NCBI GenBank assembly: GCA_041479945.1
Contig: JBGOYZ010000002.1
Location: 7,472-71,471, forward strand
From: Thermoproteota archaeon
GTDB lineage: Archaea; Thermoproteota; EX4484-205; JAAOZO01
Reading direction: 5' to 3'
DNA length: 64,000 bases
The notes beneath the pieces were generated by a model. It was not told the origin of the DNA. It was given only the letters and a program-made list of their open reading frames with translations, and searched no databases. Position 1 is the first letter of the stretch; each line of letters opens with the position of its first letter. Position numbers and translations under genes: made by a program. Shown here one piece after another: positions 40,081 to 48,601 of this stretch.

Positions 40081-41265
40081 ATGGGACTAACGCAAGAACT
40101 CTCGCATGCTCTGTGGATAACTTGGAAGGACCTGATGGAGTTGTGGCGCAGTAGGATGAGACTAGCCATGATGATCCTCATGCCGTTAATCATGATGACC
40201 ATAATGAGCTTCATATTCCCATCCTCCCAGAACGTGCTGAACAACATACCGGTCGCAGTCGTAGACAACGATTCGGGCCCTCAAGGCGCAATCTTACTGA
40301 ACACTCTGTCAACCTTGAATGCTGAGAAAGGGTTGATGACGTTCAAAGCAGCATCCAGTCTTCAGGAAGCCAAGGACATGATTCTAAGGGGCGAAGCATT
40401 GGGAGCGATAATCATTCCGGAGAACTTCTCAGATGCATTGACCACGCACCTCTATACTGCCAACATCACCATACTGACCGACAACTCAAACCCGCAGATT
40501 TCGCAAGCGCTCTCTCAGGTTCTAACTCAGGTCATCAACGGAATGAGCCTGATGCAGGCGACACTGAACGTCTACGCATACGCGAGGCAGGTGCACGTCA
40601 ATCCCACCGCGATCGTGGTCCCATATTCCGCTGAGATCGAGGGCGTCGTCAGTGGGGGAGGGAGCTACATCGAATTCATAATCCCGGGCCTGCTCATAAT
40701 GAATGTGATAACCTCCCTGATGACCGGCCTGCCCCGCGCAATAGCATACGAGAAAGATACCGGGACGCTGGCGGGTTTCTTGGCGGCGCCCATAAGCAGA
40801 GTCTCCATCATCGGCGGAAAGGCCCTGAGTCACATGATCCGAGGGCTGATTCAGGCGACCGTGTCCCTAGCGCTGGCCATCATCCTGTTCGGGGTCACGA
40901 TTCAGGGGAACCTCGTGTTGGTCCTGCTTACGCTCTTCTTGGGTGTGTACAGCTTCGTCGGGTTGGGCATCGCGCTGACCTCGGTAGCCGAGGATGAAGA
41001 AACCGCCGCCATGATCATGATGACCTTGACATTCCCAATGATATTCCTGAGCGGGGTATTCTTTCCCATACAGATGATGCCGGACTTCATGCAGGCCATC
41101 TCTCGCTGGCTTCCCTTCACGTACGCTGTCGACGCCATGAGAAGGATAATGATCTTCGGAGTCGGGTTGACGGACGTAGCCACAGACATGGCGATCCTCG
41201 TTGCTTTCGGCACGGTCATGTTGATAGTAGCCATTCCAGCGTTCGAGAAAGCTATGACAAGATGA
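40081..41265 (+). CDS. ABC-2-type transporter permease
   Basis: N-terminal TM helix, large extracytoplasmic loop, then 5 TM helices (ABC-2 fold). Follows the ATPase. Confidence 0.75.
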   Translation: MGLTQELSHALWITWKDLMELWRSRMRLAMMILMPLIMMTIMSFIFPSSQNVLNNIPVAVVDNDSGPQGAILLNTLSTLNAEKGLMTFKAASSLQEAKDMILRGEALGAIIIPENFSDALTTHLYTANITILTDNSNPQISQALSQVLTQVINGMSLMQATLNVYAYARQVHVNPTAIVVPYSAEIEGVVSGGGSYIEFIIPGLLIMNVITSLMTGLPRAIAYEKDTGTLAGFLAAPISRVSIIGGKALSHMIRGLIQATVSLALAIILFGVTIQGNLVLVLLTLFLGVYSFVGLGIALTSVAEDEETAAMIMMTLTFPMIFLSGVFFPIQMMPDFMQAISRWLPFTYAVDAMRRIMIFGVGLTDVATDMAILVAFGTVMLIVAIPAFEKAMTR

Positions 41266-41439
41266 CAGGAGAGTCGTTTACGCATACAATGATGGGCCCC
41301 CGTTCTGTCTCAGTCATGCTCTTCCTATCGTGACTTCCCCGACCTGTATTTCGTCACCCGGCTGGCCGCGCACGAGCGTGAACTGCTTCTTCCTATTGTC
41401 TCTTCTGCCCTGTGAAGTAGTAGACTACGCCCAGTTAGC

Positions 41440-41796
41440 CTAATGGGTTGTGCACGTGCTAGACTGCTGCAGATACGGGGTCACGCGCTCGTTCAGGAGT
41501 CTGATCAACTCTGGATCGTTCCTGTGATACTCATCAGGTATGTTCAAGACGACGATCTTTGCACGTGCCCCTGGCTCCAAATGCTCAAGACGGTCAGCGT
41601 GTTTCTGTTCCATTACGAAGATCTTGTCAGCCCAATCTATGAGTTGCTTGGTCACTCTCCTTCTGGCAAGCAGTGAGGTTCCTGCCGACATCACCTCGAG
41701 ATCCGCCCTCGTCTTGAACATCCCTTCTGCCGTGGGGCTCCTGTCGATGTTGCCAGAACACACAAAGAGCACCTTCGTCTTCGTCATACCTGCCAT
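41440..41796 (-). CDS. Low-molecular-weight protein-tyrosine phosphatase
   Basis: P-loop VLFVCSGNIDRS (CX5R). It carries only this single cysteine (the P-loop Cys); the extra redox cysteines of ArsC are absent, so it is a PTPase rather than an arsenate reductase. Confidence 0.75.
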   Translation of the reverse strand: MAGMTKTKVLFVCSGNIDRSPTAEGMFKTRADLEVMSAGTSLLARRRVTKQLIDWADKIFVMEQKHADRLEHLEPGARAKIVVLNIPDEYHRNDPELIRLLNERVTPYLQQSSTCTTH

Positions 41797-42076
41797 CGAG
41801 CAGTCGAAAGCCGGGCTATATTCCTTCGTTTCCACGCCTGCCCTCCTGGCGCGGGCAATCTCCCATTATTGGGCAAGAGGACTTGAAGGTCCTGATCCGG
41901 CGTCTGTGTGGCAACTACTTGCTTGATGCGGCTCAGCAAGACTCCAAAGCGAAGATTGCACGGTGGTCTAGCCGCGTACACACCAGAGATTAACGTTCAT
42001 AAGCGGTAGCTCTCCTACTCAAGGTCAATGCTTCATTGCGAAACGCTTGAAGGACATGGAGGTGCCTCGGCGTAGA

Positions 42077-43744
42077 ATGAGAATAGCGATGGCTCAAGTA
42101 AACGCGACTGTAGGGGATCTTGAGGGGAACATCAAGAAGATCGAGGACTTCATTGCTATGGCCAAGAAGAAGAACGTGGACTTGGTGGCATTTCCTGAAC
42201 TCGTAGTCACGGGATATCCTCCTCAGGATCTAATACTTGACAGAGAATTCGTGCGCAGGAGCAAGGGACTGCTGGACTCCTTGATTGACCAGAACAGCGA
42301 TATGGCTGCGATAGTCGGTTTCGTAGACCTCCAAGGTGAACGGCTTCACAATTCCGCCTCTGTCTTCATCGGGAACAAGAGAGTCGGTGTGGCCAACAAG
42401 GTTCTGTTGCCCACATACGATGTCTTCGACGAAGACAGGTACTTTGAGCCCGCAAGAGACGAGGACATCAAACCAATGCATGTGAACATCGGTGGGCAGA
42501 GCTTCAATCTGGGTGTGGAGATATGCGAGGATCTGTGGGATGACGAATACAAGGTGAAAGTCACGGAGACGCTCGCAAGGAGGGGTGCAGACATCATAGT
42601 CAATATCTCGGCATCGCCCTTCTACGCAGGAAAGCGGTCAGAGCGGATAGCACAGCTGAGCAAGAAATCAAACGCGAACGGAGTCCCCATCTTCTACGTC
42701 AACTTGGTTGGCGGTCAGGATGAACTCGTGTTTGATGGGCAGAGCCTGGCGACGGACAGATCAGGAAACCTCATCGCCGTAGGCAAGCAGTTCGAAGAGG
42801 ACTTGGTGGTCGTCGAGGTCGACTCAAAAGAGAGAACTGCAAAGCGAATCGAGCCACCTGCCTACAGCAGAGAGAAGGAAATCCTCGGTGCTCTGGTTCT
42901 AGGCGTGCGAGACTACTACAGGAAAACCGGCTTCAGAAGAGCCGTCGTCGGACTCAGCGGAGGGATAGACTCATCATTGAGTGCATGCATAGCTGTTGAA
43001 GCTCTCGGAAACGAGAACGTGATAGGCGTGTCGATGCCATCCATGTTCTCAAGCGATCACAGCAAGGCTGATGCAGAGGAGTTAGCTCACAACCTCGGGA
43101 TCTACTTTCTCAGATTCGGAATCCAACCGATACTGGATTCTTATCGAGAAAACCTGCGCAGGCCGTTGGAGGAAGTGCGGCAACAATTCGCTGCAAGCAT
43201 GGAGCAAGACGCCCCTGTTGCTGACGAGAACATCCAACCAAGAGTGCGAGGCAACTGCTTGATGGACGTTTCCAACCGGCTGAGAGAACTGGGGATAATG
43301 GTGCTGAACACAGGCAACAAGACTGAACTCGCCTTGGGTTATTGCACGCTGTACGGGGACATGGCCGGCGGGATAGGTGCGCTTGGTGACGTGAACAAGT
43401 TGGATGTCTACAGGATCGCGCAGTGCTTCAACGAGATGAAGGGTAAACAGGTCATTCCGGCAAACGTGTTCACAAAGAAGCCATCACCTGAGCTCAGGAA
43501 ACAGCAGGTGGACCCCTTTGACTTCAACATTGTCAGCCCGTTGGTAGATGAGATAATAGAGCATCGCCGGAGCAAGCAGGATCTGATTAGTGCCGGCTAC
43601 CCGGAAGATGTCGTCGAAGACACGTTCAACCGGATCAGGAGAGCGGAGTTCAAGAGACGGCAGGCGGCCCCGTGCATCAAGATAACACCGAGGTCCTTCG
43701 GCATCGGATGGAAGATGCCCATAGTCAATGGATACACGGCGTGA
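42077..43744 (+). CDS. nadE: Glutamine-dependent NAD+ synthetase (N-terminal nitrilase/CN-hydrolase domain fused to NAD synthetase domain)
   Basis: CN-hydrolase catalytic triad context (FPEL...; ICEDLW cysteine) followed by the PP-loop GLSGGIDSS. Confidence 0.85.
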   Translation: MRIAMAQVNATVGDLEGNIKKIEDFIAMAKKKNVDLVAFPELVVTGYPPQDLILDREFVRRSKGLLDSLIDQNSDMAAIVGFVDLQGERLHNSASVFIGNKRVGVANKVLLPTYDVFDEDRYFEPARDEDIKPMHVNIGGQSFNLGVEICEDLWDDEYKVKVTETLARRGADIIVNISASPFYAGKRSERIAQLSKKSNANGVPIFYVNLVGGQDELVFDGQSLATDRSGNLIAVGKQFEEDLVVVEVDSKERTAKRIEPPAYSREKEILGALVLGVRDYYRKTGFRRAVVGLSGGIDSSLSACIAVEALGNENVIGVSMPSMFSSDHSKADAEELAHNLGIYFLRFGIQPILDSYRENLRRPLEEVRQQFAASMEQDAPVADENIQPRVRGNCLMDVSNRLRELGIMVLNTGNKTELALGYCTLYGDMAGGIGALGDVNKLDVYRIAQCFNEMKGKQVIPANVFTKKPSPELRKQQVDPFDFNIVSPLVDEIIEHRRSKQDLISAGYPEDVVEDTFNRIRRAEFKRRQAAPCIKITPRSFGIGWKMPIVNGYTA

Positions 43745-43928
43745 GGGCCAAGCACTAGGGGTGACGTTGAGAGGGATGGCGAGAAGGCAGGACAAGGAGG
43801 GCAGAATCAGAAGAGAGATCGAGAGGAAGAAGAAAGCAAGACTGAGATCTACGGGTCCCTATAGAAAGGCGTCCTTGATCCACAGGAGACACGTGCGGTA
43901 GGTTCGAGTCAGTGGCTTCGCAGGGCGT

Positions 43929-44810
43929 TCATAAGAGCTTCCTCAGGAAGCTCACATCTTGCTTGACTACTCCTATCCTCTGATCGCGCGGGAACTTGCC
44001 AAGCGACTCGTCCTCAAGGGCAAGGTCCTTGTCATATTCGGCCGCTCTGAGAACTCTGACTATCCTGCCGATGTCGACATCGCCCTCGTATATTGTCGCC
44101 GCGGAGTCTGGCCAACCCTCGCCAGGTTCGCGCTTGCTGTTCCTCCTTTCTTCCGGAAAGGATAGGTTCTTGACATGCACGTGCTTCACGCGTCGAGCGA
44201 ATTCCTGGATGATGCTGTACCCCGTCTCCCAGGGGTGGCCGTACCAGAAGAGGTTGCCCGTATCGAGGGTCAGTCCCATCCTCTTTGAATCAAGGCCGTC
44301 AAACACGGACTTGAGGAACTCTCGCCTGTTGCCCATCAGGCCGTGATTCTCCATCGCCAGAGAAACGCCCGTCTGTTCCGTTCTGTCCAGTATGTCCTGG
44401 CAACACCGGATCGTCGTCTTCACGTATTCGCCTTCCGGGACGCCCTCTTCAATTCTCATCGGAGGGTTAATCCTCACCGTATCACAATCTATGTCCGGTG
44501 CGACATTGCAGGCGTCGACCACCCATCTCACCTCAGCCTCCAGATCAGGTCGGGCGAAGTCGTTCTCCACGAGTATGGCACATACAGTCAGACCCTCGTC
44601 TTTCAGTCTCTTGGACAATTCGTGCCTTTTCTGCGGCGAGGACATATCAAAGCCGAGCGAGACCTCCTGGCCCATGTCACTATACTTGGCTCCTTTGAGT
44701 TCCCTATCCAAGTAGAGTTCGAAACTATCCAACCCCAGATCCTTCAGCCCAGAGAAGACGCTCTCGTATCCGATCCACTTCACGGTGAAGTCCCTGATTG
44801 CGACTCGCAA
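43929..44810 (-). CDS. Sugar phosphate isomerase/epimerase (xylose isomerase-like TIM barrel)
   Basis: TIM-barrel blocks (LAMENHG..., LTLDTGN, HVHVKN). The track ORF carries an Arg-rich 100-aa N-terminal extension that is probably untranslated. An in-frame TTG at 44810 (L-RVAIRDFTVKWIGY) is the most plausible start. Confidence 0.55.
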   Translation of the reverse strand: MRVAIRDFTVKWIGYESVFSGLKDLGLDSFELYLDRELKGAKYSDMGQEVSLGFDMSSPQKRHELSKRLKDEGLTVCAILVENDFARPDLEAEVRWVVDACNVAPDIDCDTVRINPPMRIEEGVPEGEYVKTTIRCCQDILDRTEQTGVSLAMENHGLMGNRREFLKSVFDGLDSKRMGLTLDTGNLFWYGHPWETGYSIIQEFARRVKHVHVKNLSFPEERRNSKREPGEGWPDSAATIYEGDVDIGRIVRVLRAAEYDKDLALEDESLGKFPRDQRIGVVKQDVSFLRKLL

Positions 44811-44956
44811 TTCCGTTGCCCAGAAGACTGGTGCGGCCGATATTAGTCTCTTTGACTGAGGGACTGGAATGGCAGGCCTTCTGTAAACGCGGTGTATTGA
44901 ATCGGAGTCGCCTTCTAGGAGGTCATGTCTCAAGAGATGCGAGCTCACATCGCGCG

Positions 44957-45307
44957 CTATGGTGGGGGAGGAGGCGGATCGGGCGGTGGTGGAGCCGGCG
45001 GCGGATTCTGTCCATCCACTGTGATGGCTCCGATGTCGCTTGCCGCAAGTTTGAAGCCTCCCATTTCTCTCACGTCGTATTCTTTTTCTCTGAGGAACTG
45101 TGCTATCTTGTACATCCACTTCTCCGAATCATCCCTGCTGTTGGCCATGTGCACTTTGGTGTCGTTCACATAGACCCAGTGCTCTCTGGTCCAGACATCA
45201 TATCCTATCCTTATCTCGACTGGTGTCTTCTTCTGTGCTGCGTTTAGGATCTTTCTCTCCCACTCTTCCTCGGCCCTCTGCTTCATCCTGTCCCAAATGC
45301 CAGCCAT
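44957..45307 (-). CDS. Small alpha/beta hypothetical protein ending in a C-terminal oligoproline tail (NPPPAPPPPDPPPPPP-stop)
   Basis: ATG start with a TATA-like AATATAAG about 25-30 bp upstream on the coding strand. No recognisable family. Confidence 0.5.
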   Translation of the reverse strand: MAGIWDRMKQRAEEEWERKILNAAQKKTPVEIRIGYDVWTREHWVYVNDTKVHMANSRDDSEKWMYKIAQFLREKEYDVREMGGFKLAASDIGAITVDGQNPPPAPPPPDPPPPPP

Positions 45308-45432
45308 TATCGCCGACTAGCCGGCAACTGAATATAAGCCTTGGAACGAGAATCTGCCGGACGCGTCACGCGGTACTTGGGTCAGAGTTGAGGCTTTGTC
45401 AGGGCTGCACCAGATGGCTTTGATGGATCTGT

Positions 45433-46320
45433 TCAGAGGGCCTTGAACTTTCTGCCCTGCAACACAACTCGATGCACGATTCTCTCATCCTGAGTAGGTT
45501 CGTCAGGTTTGGACTCCGCAATGACCTCTACGTAAGGCTCTAGGGGTCCGCCAACGATCTTCTTGAAGAGGGTTTCTTGGATCTGGAAAATCCCAGCGCT
45601 GTTTGACATTTTGATGTATATCCCGATCGGGCAACTTGTGCCCTTGGTTATGTTCACTTCTTCAATGCTGAGGGCCGAAACCGTGTGTATGTTCACGTTT
45701 CCGCTGTCGAACGCCATTCTCCCTCGGCCCTTCGTCATGTCCGTCCCGTCGCTTATCCCAACGAGAGCTGCCTCTATGGTTAGATCCTGCACATCATATT
45801 CGTGTGAGTAGATGCAGTTGAGAATGTGGCCGCGGATCTCGTACATGATCTCAGGGTCTTCGTATATCTCGGGCAGAAGGCGATCCAACAGAGGTATCGC
45901 CAGATACACACCATGCAGGTTGTGATCGACTCTATGTACTTGATTTCCTATGTCGTGCAGCAGCCCTCCTGCCAAGACCACGAGGTAGTCATCATCTATG
46001 TCTCCTGCTTTCTCTTTCACCAAGTCGCCGACGACGCCGCTTTGATCAAGCAACTTCAGCATTCTCAGCGCATTCGTCGCAACTATCTTCATGTGAATCT
46101 CGCCGTGGTCGTTGAAATGGAGCTTAGCGACGGCGATGTAGTTGGACATGTCCCAATCCGCATTCACTTCAGCGTCCTGTTGCATGAGTTTCCAGAGTTT
46201 CAGAGCCTTTGGTTTGTCCTCCAGGATCTTCGTTATGGTTTCCTCCGCTTCCCGCTTCATCTTGTCGTAGCTCTCGGGGAGTTCGAGTTCGAAGCCCTTA
46301 CCAGTGGCTATCTTCACCAT
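45433..46320 (-). CDS. HD-domain phosphohydrolase
   Basis: HD motif LAGGLLHDIGN plus downstream His/Asp ligands. Confidence 0.65.
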   Translation of the reverse strand: MVKIATGKGFELELPESYDKMKREAEETITKILEDKPKALKLWKLMQQDAEVNADWDMSNYIAVAKLHFNDHGEIHMKIVATNALRMLKLLDQSGVVGDLVKEKAGDIDDDYLVVLAGGLLHDIGNQVHRVDHNLHGVYLAIPLLDRLLPEIYEDPEIMYEIRGHILNCIYSHEYDVQDLTIEAALVGISDGTDMTKGRGRMAFDSGNVNIHTVSALSIEEVNITKGTSCPIGIYIKMSNSAGIFQIQETLFKKIVGGPLEPYVEVIAESKPDEPTQDERIVHRVVLQGRKFKAL

Positions 46321-46524
46321 GTTGACCGATCAATTCGACTGGCCGTTGCCTTAAATGGCTTCTTGGCGCGCAGGCCTATTCCGATTTGCCATTGCCGACG
46401 CTCGTCCAAGAGGCTGGGCAGAACGGGAATCGCAATATCCATTCCACCGGCCGCAAAGGACGTCAATGCAGGTGCTGGGTCTGTGTTTTGGAAAGCGGCG
46501 CCTTATATAGACAAAGGATGTATC

Positions 46525-48573
46525 GTGCGTCTGAAGGAGGACACTCTATTGCCGATCTATGAGGATGCAAGTTACGGTGGCGAGACTGTCAAGGTTGGCA
46601 ACTCCAAGATGCGTGTCGAGATCCACAAACGTTTGACAGGTTGGGGTTGGGCTGAGATCTTCAACGCGACTGGCCAGCTGATTGCCGTGCTGGACCATTT
46701 CGGAGAGGTCAAGTTCCCCGGTCTGGCTATTCCGCTGCGCATGGAAGCTCAGAAGTATGAGTTGGAGAAGGGTGAGTTTGGTCAGCGTCTCACCTTCCCT
46801 GTGACGTTGACGAGTTTGAGCGACATGGCTGGAACCTCAAGTTTCAAGAGTTGGTTCAAGCTACCCTTCACTCAGCCGGCCATCGAGGGAAAAGTGACAG
46901 TCACGTTAGATCCTGACTCCCCGGTCCTGAGGATGACCTACGAGTTCAAGCTTCTGGCCATACTCGAAATGAGCTATCTTCGGGGACCATGGCTCGAAGT
47001 TGGTGCTAACAGTTTCGGCGCAGCGAAGGACGATGGGATCTTTCCGGGCCTTGAATGGCTTGTCGGAAATGAGTGGTCTAGCGGCACCGACTGGTTCCAG
47101 CATCCATGGGCCCTACGTGTTGTTCCTCATCCGTTCAAAGTGGCAGCAGGACTCATGGCTTTGAGCCATGATGGAACTGGCATCGGCTTAGCTTGGGACC
47201 CGTTGGCAAACTTCGCGCCAGACCGGCCCTATCCTCAGCCGGTATTCGCTTCGCCGAACTTCATCGACCGGAAGAACGACCACATCATGGGCTTGATGCT
47301 TCCAAGCGTTGCTTGGGGTGCAGAAGAGAACGTCTTGGAAGCCGACCCGCCATTGGAGCTACGCACAAATAGCACCATCAAGCTTGAAGCAGAAGTGTTT
47401 CTGGTCGAAGGCGACAGCTTGGACGTGATGATAGACTGGGCCAAGCGGCATGGTTTGCCTGAACCGCCGAAGCCACGCTATCCACTTTCCGAAGCTTTGG
47501 ACCGCATAGCCCGTGCCTACAACAGCAACCTCTGGTATGAAGGCAAGGGCTGGGGCATGAACCGCGAGGGAAATGGCGCGGCGAGTCCGGCGGAACCCCT
47601 GTTTATGGAACGCTACATCAAAGATGGCCACGACCGCGAGAGTGCCAAGGGCTTGGCTGAAAAGCTGGAATGGGTTCGAGGACAGCCCACATATGAGACC
47701 TATGAAGTCTGGGGTGGCTCTAGACGATTCAAGATCTGGAGCCCGGAGAAACGGCTCGAATACGGCCGCCAACTCCTGTCCTATCAGAGGGAAGATGGCT
47801 CCTTCCCATTCGAACCAGACGGCAGACATAGTTTCCCGGACCACTCCGCTCTTTCTGACGGAACGTTGAAGCCTTTGGGGAAGAAAGGCGATACTGCTCT
47901 AGATCTGTGTGTTCAGCCTGCGATCGATCTGTTGATATTGGCCGACATGACTGGTGAGAAGTCGTTCCGTGAGGCTGCCAAGAAAGCTTTGGACTACTGC
48001 TTGTCTATGAAGCGTCCTGAAGGCGGCGACTGGTGGGAGACCCCTCTGCACAGCCCGAACCTGCTGGCTGCTGGTCATGCAGCCATCGCCTATTATCTCG
48101 GCTACAAGGCTTTCAAGGATCCACGCTACCTGAAGAAGGCGATTCGCTGGATCCGTTCGCTGCTTCCCTTCACCCACCTGTGGGAACCATATCGATTGCC
48201 CCAGATGTACAACACGAAACCATGCTTCTGCGCGACTGATTGGTGGCTCTCAGACTGGGTGGCCAGACAAGTTCAGTGGGAGGTTCTGCAAACCTTCGCC
48301 CAGTCTGCTGAACTGGGCATAGACTGGGGAGAGATCGATCCAGAGATTGACTGGCACCGTTACCAGCGAGGTATCACCATCGCCGTCCTGAGATGGATGA
48401 TCGACCACGAGAACACAGTCAACACTGCTCTTTCACTGGATCGGGTCAAGAGCGGAGATTGGGACGCTCTCTTCCATGACGCCCACCACACCACAACCGG
48501 CACCTATGGTGGGGGCCCAATCATGCCAGACGTCATTGCGGTCAACATATTCAACGTGTTGGACAGGGAATGA
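46525..48573 (+). CDS. Large hypothetical protein: N-terminal beta-rich region plus C-terminal (alpha/alpha)-toroid repeat domain (possible glycoside hydrolase/lyase-like)
   Basis: C-terminal repeats of the type LLSYQREDGSF... and GGDWWETPL... resemble terpenoid-cyclase/prenyltransferase-type alpha-alpha toroid repeats. The track ORF start (45826) overlaps the HD gene. A GTG at 46525 preceded by AAAGGA, or the ATG at 46609, are plausible starts. Confidence 0.45.
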   Translation: MRLKEDTLLPIYEDASYGGETVKVGNSKMRVEIHKRLTGWGWAEIFNATGQLIAVLDHFGEVKFPGLAIPLRMEAQKYELEKGEFGQRLTFPVTLTSLSDMAGTSSFKSWFKLPFTQPAIEGKVTVTLDPDSPVLRMTYEFKLLAILEMSYLRGPWLEVGANSFGAAKDDGIFPGLEWLVGNEWSSGTDWFQHPWALRVVPHPFKVAAGLMALSHDGTGIGLAWDPLANFAPDRPYPQPVFASPNFIDRKNDHIMGLMLPSVAWGAEENVLEADPPLELRTNSTIKLEAEVFLVEGDSLDVMIDWAKRHGLPEPPKPRYPLSEALDRIARAYNSNLWYEGKGWGMNREGNGAASPAEPLFMERYIKDGHDRESAKGLAEKLEWVRGQPTYETYEVWGGSRRFKIWSPEKRLEYGRQLLSYQREDGSFPFEPDGRHSFPDHSALSDGTLKPLGKKGDTALDLCVQPAIDLLILADMTGEKSFREAAKKALDYCLSMKRPEGGDWWETPLHSPNLLAAGHAAIAYYLGYKAFKDPRYLKKAIRWIRSLLPFTHLWEPYRLPQMYNTKPCFCATDWWLSDWVARQVQWEVLQTFAQSAELGIDWGEIDPEIDWHRYQRGITIAVLRWMIDHENTVNTALSLDRVKSGDWDALFHDAHHTTTGTYGGGPIMPDVIAVNIFNVLDRE

Positions 48574-48601
48574 CGAAAGTTGTCATCCTGTGAGCGGAAG
48601 T

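Noticed and set aside
43870-43905. tRNA-like T-loop sequence (GGTTCGAGTC) in the nadE to isomerase intergenic region, and a similar GGGTTCATCCC at about 60728
   Set aside because: Flanking sequences cannot form the T-stem or acceptor and D arms, so there is no cloverleaf. Judged a chance occurrence.
44925-45173. Plus-strand 82-aa ORF with a poly-Gly run (GGGGGGSGGGGAGGG)
   Set aside because: Antisense shadow of the oligoproline tail (CCN codons read as GGN on the other strand) of the 44957..45307 gene.
45826-46524. 5' 700 nt of the 915-aa track ORF (45826..48573) on the plus strand
   Set aside because: It overlaps the well-supported minus-strand HD-domain gene (45433..46320) almost entirely and has low-complexity translation. 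The real gene most likely starts at the GTG at 46525 or the ATG at 46609.
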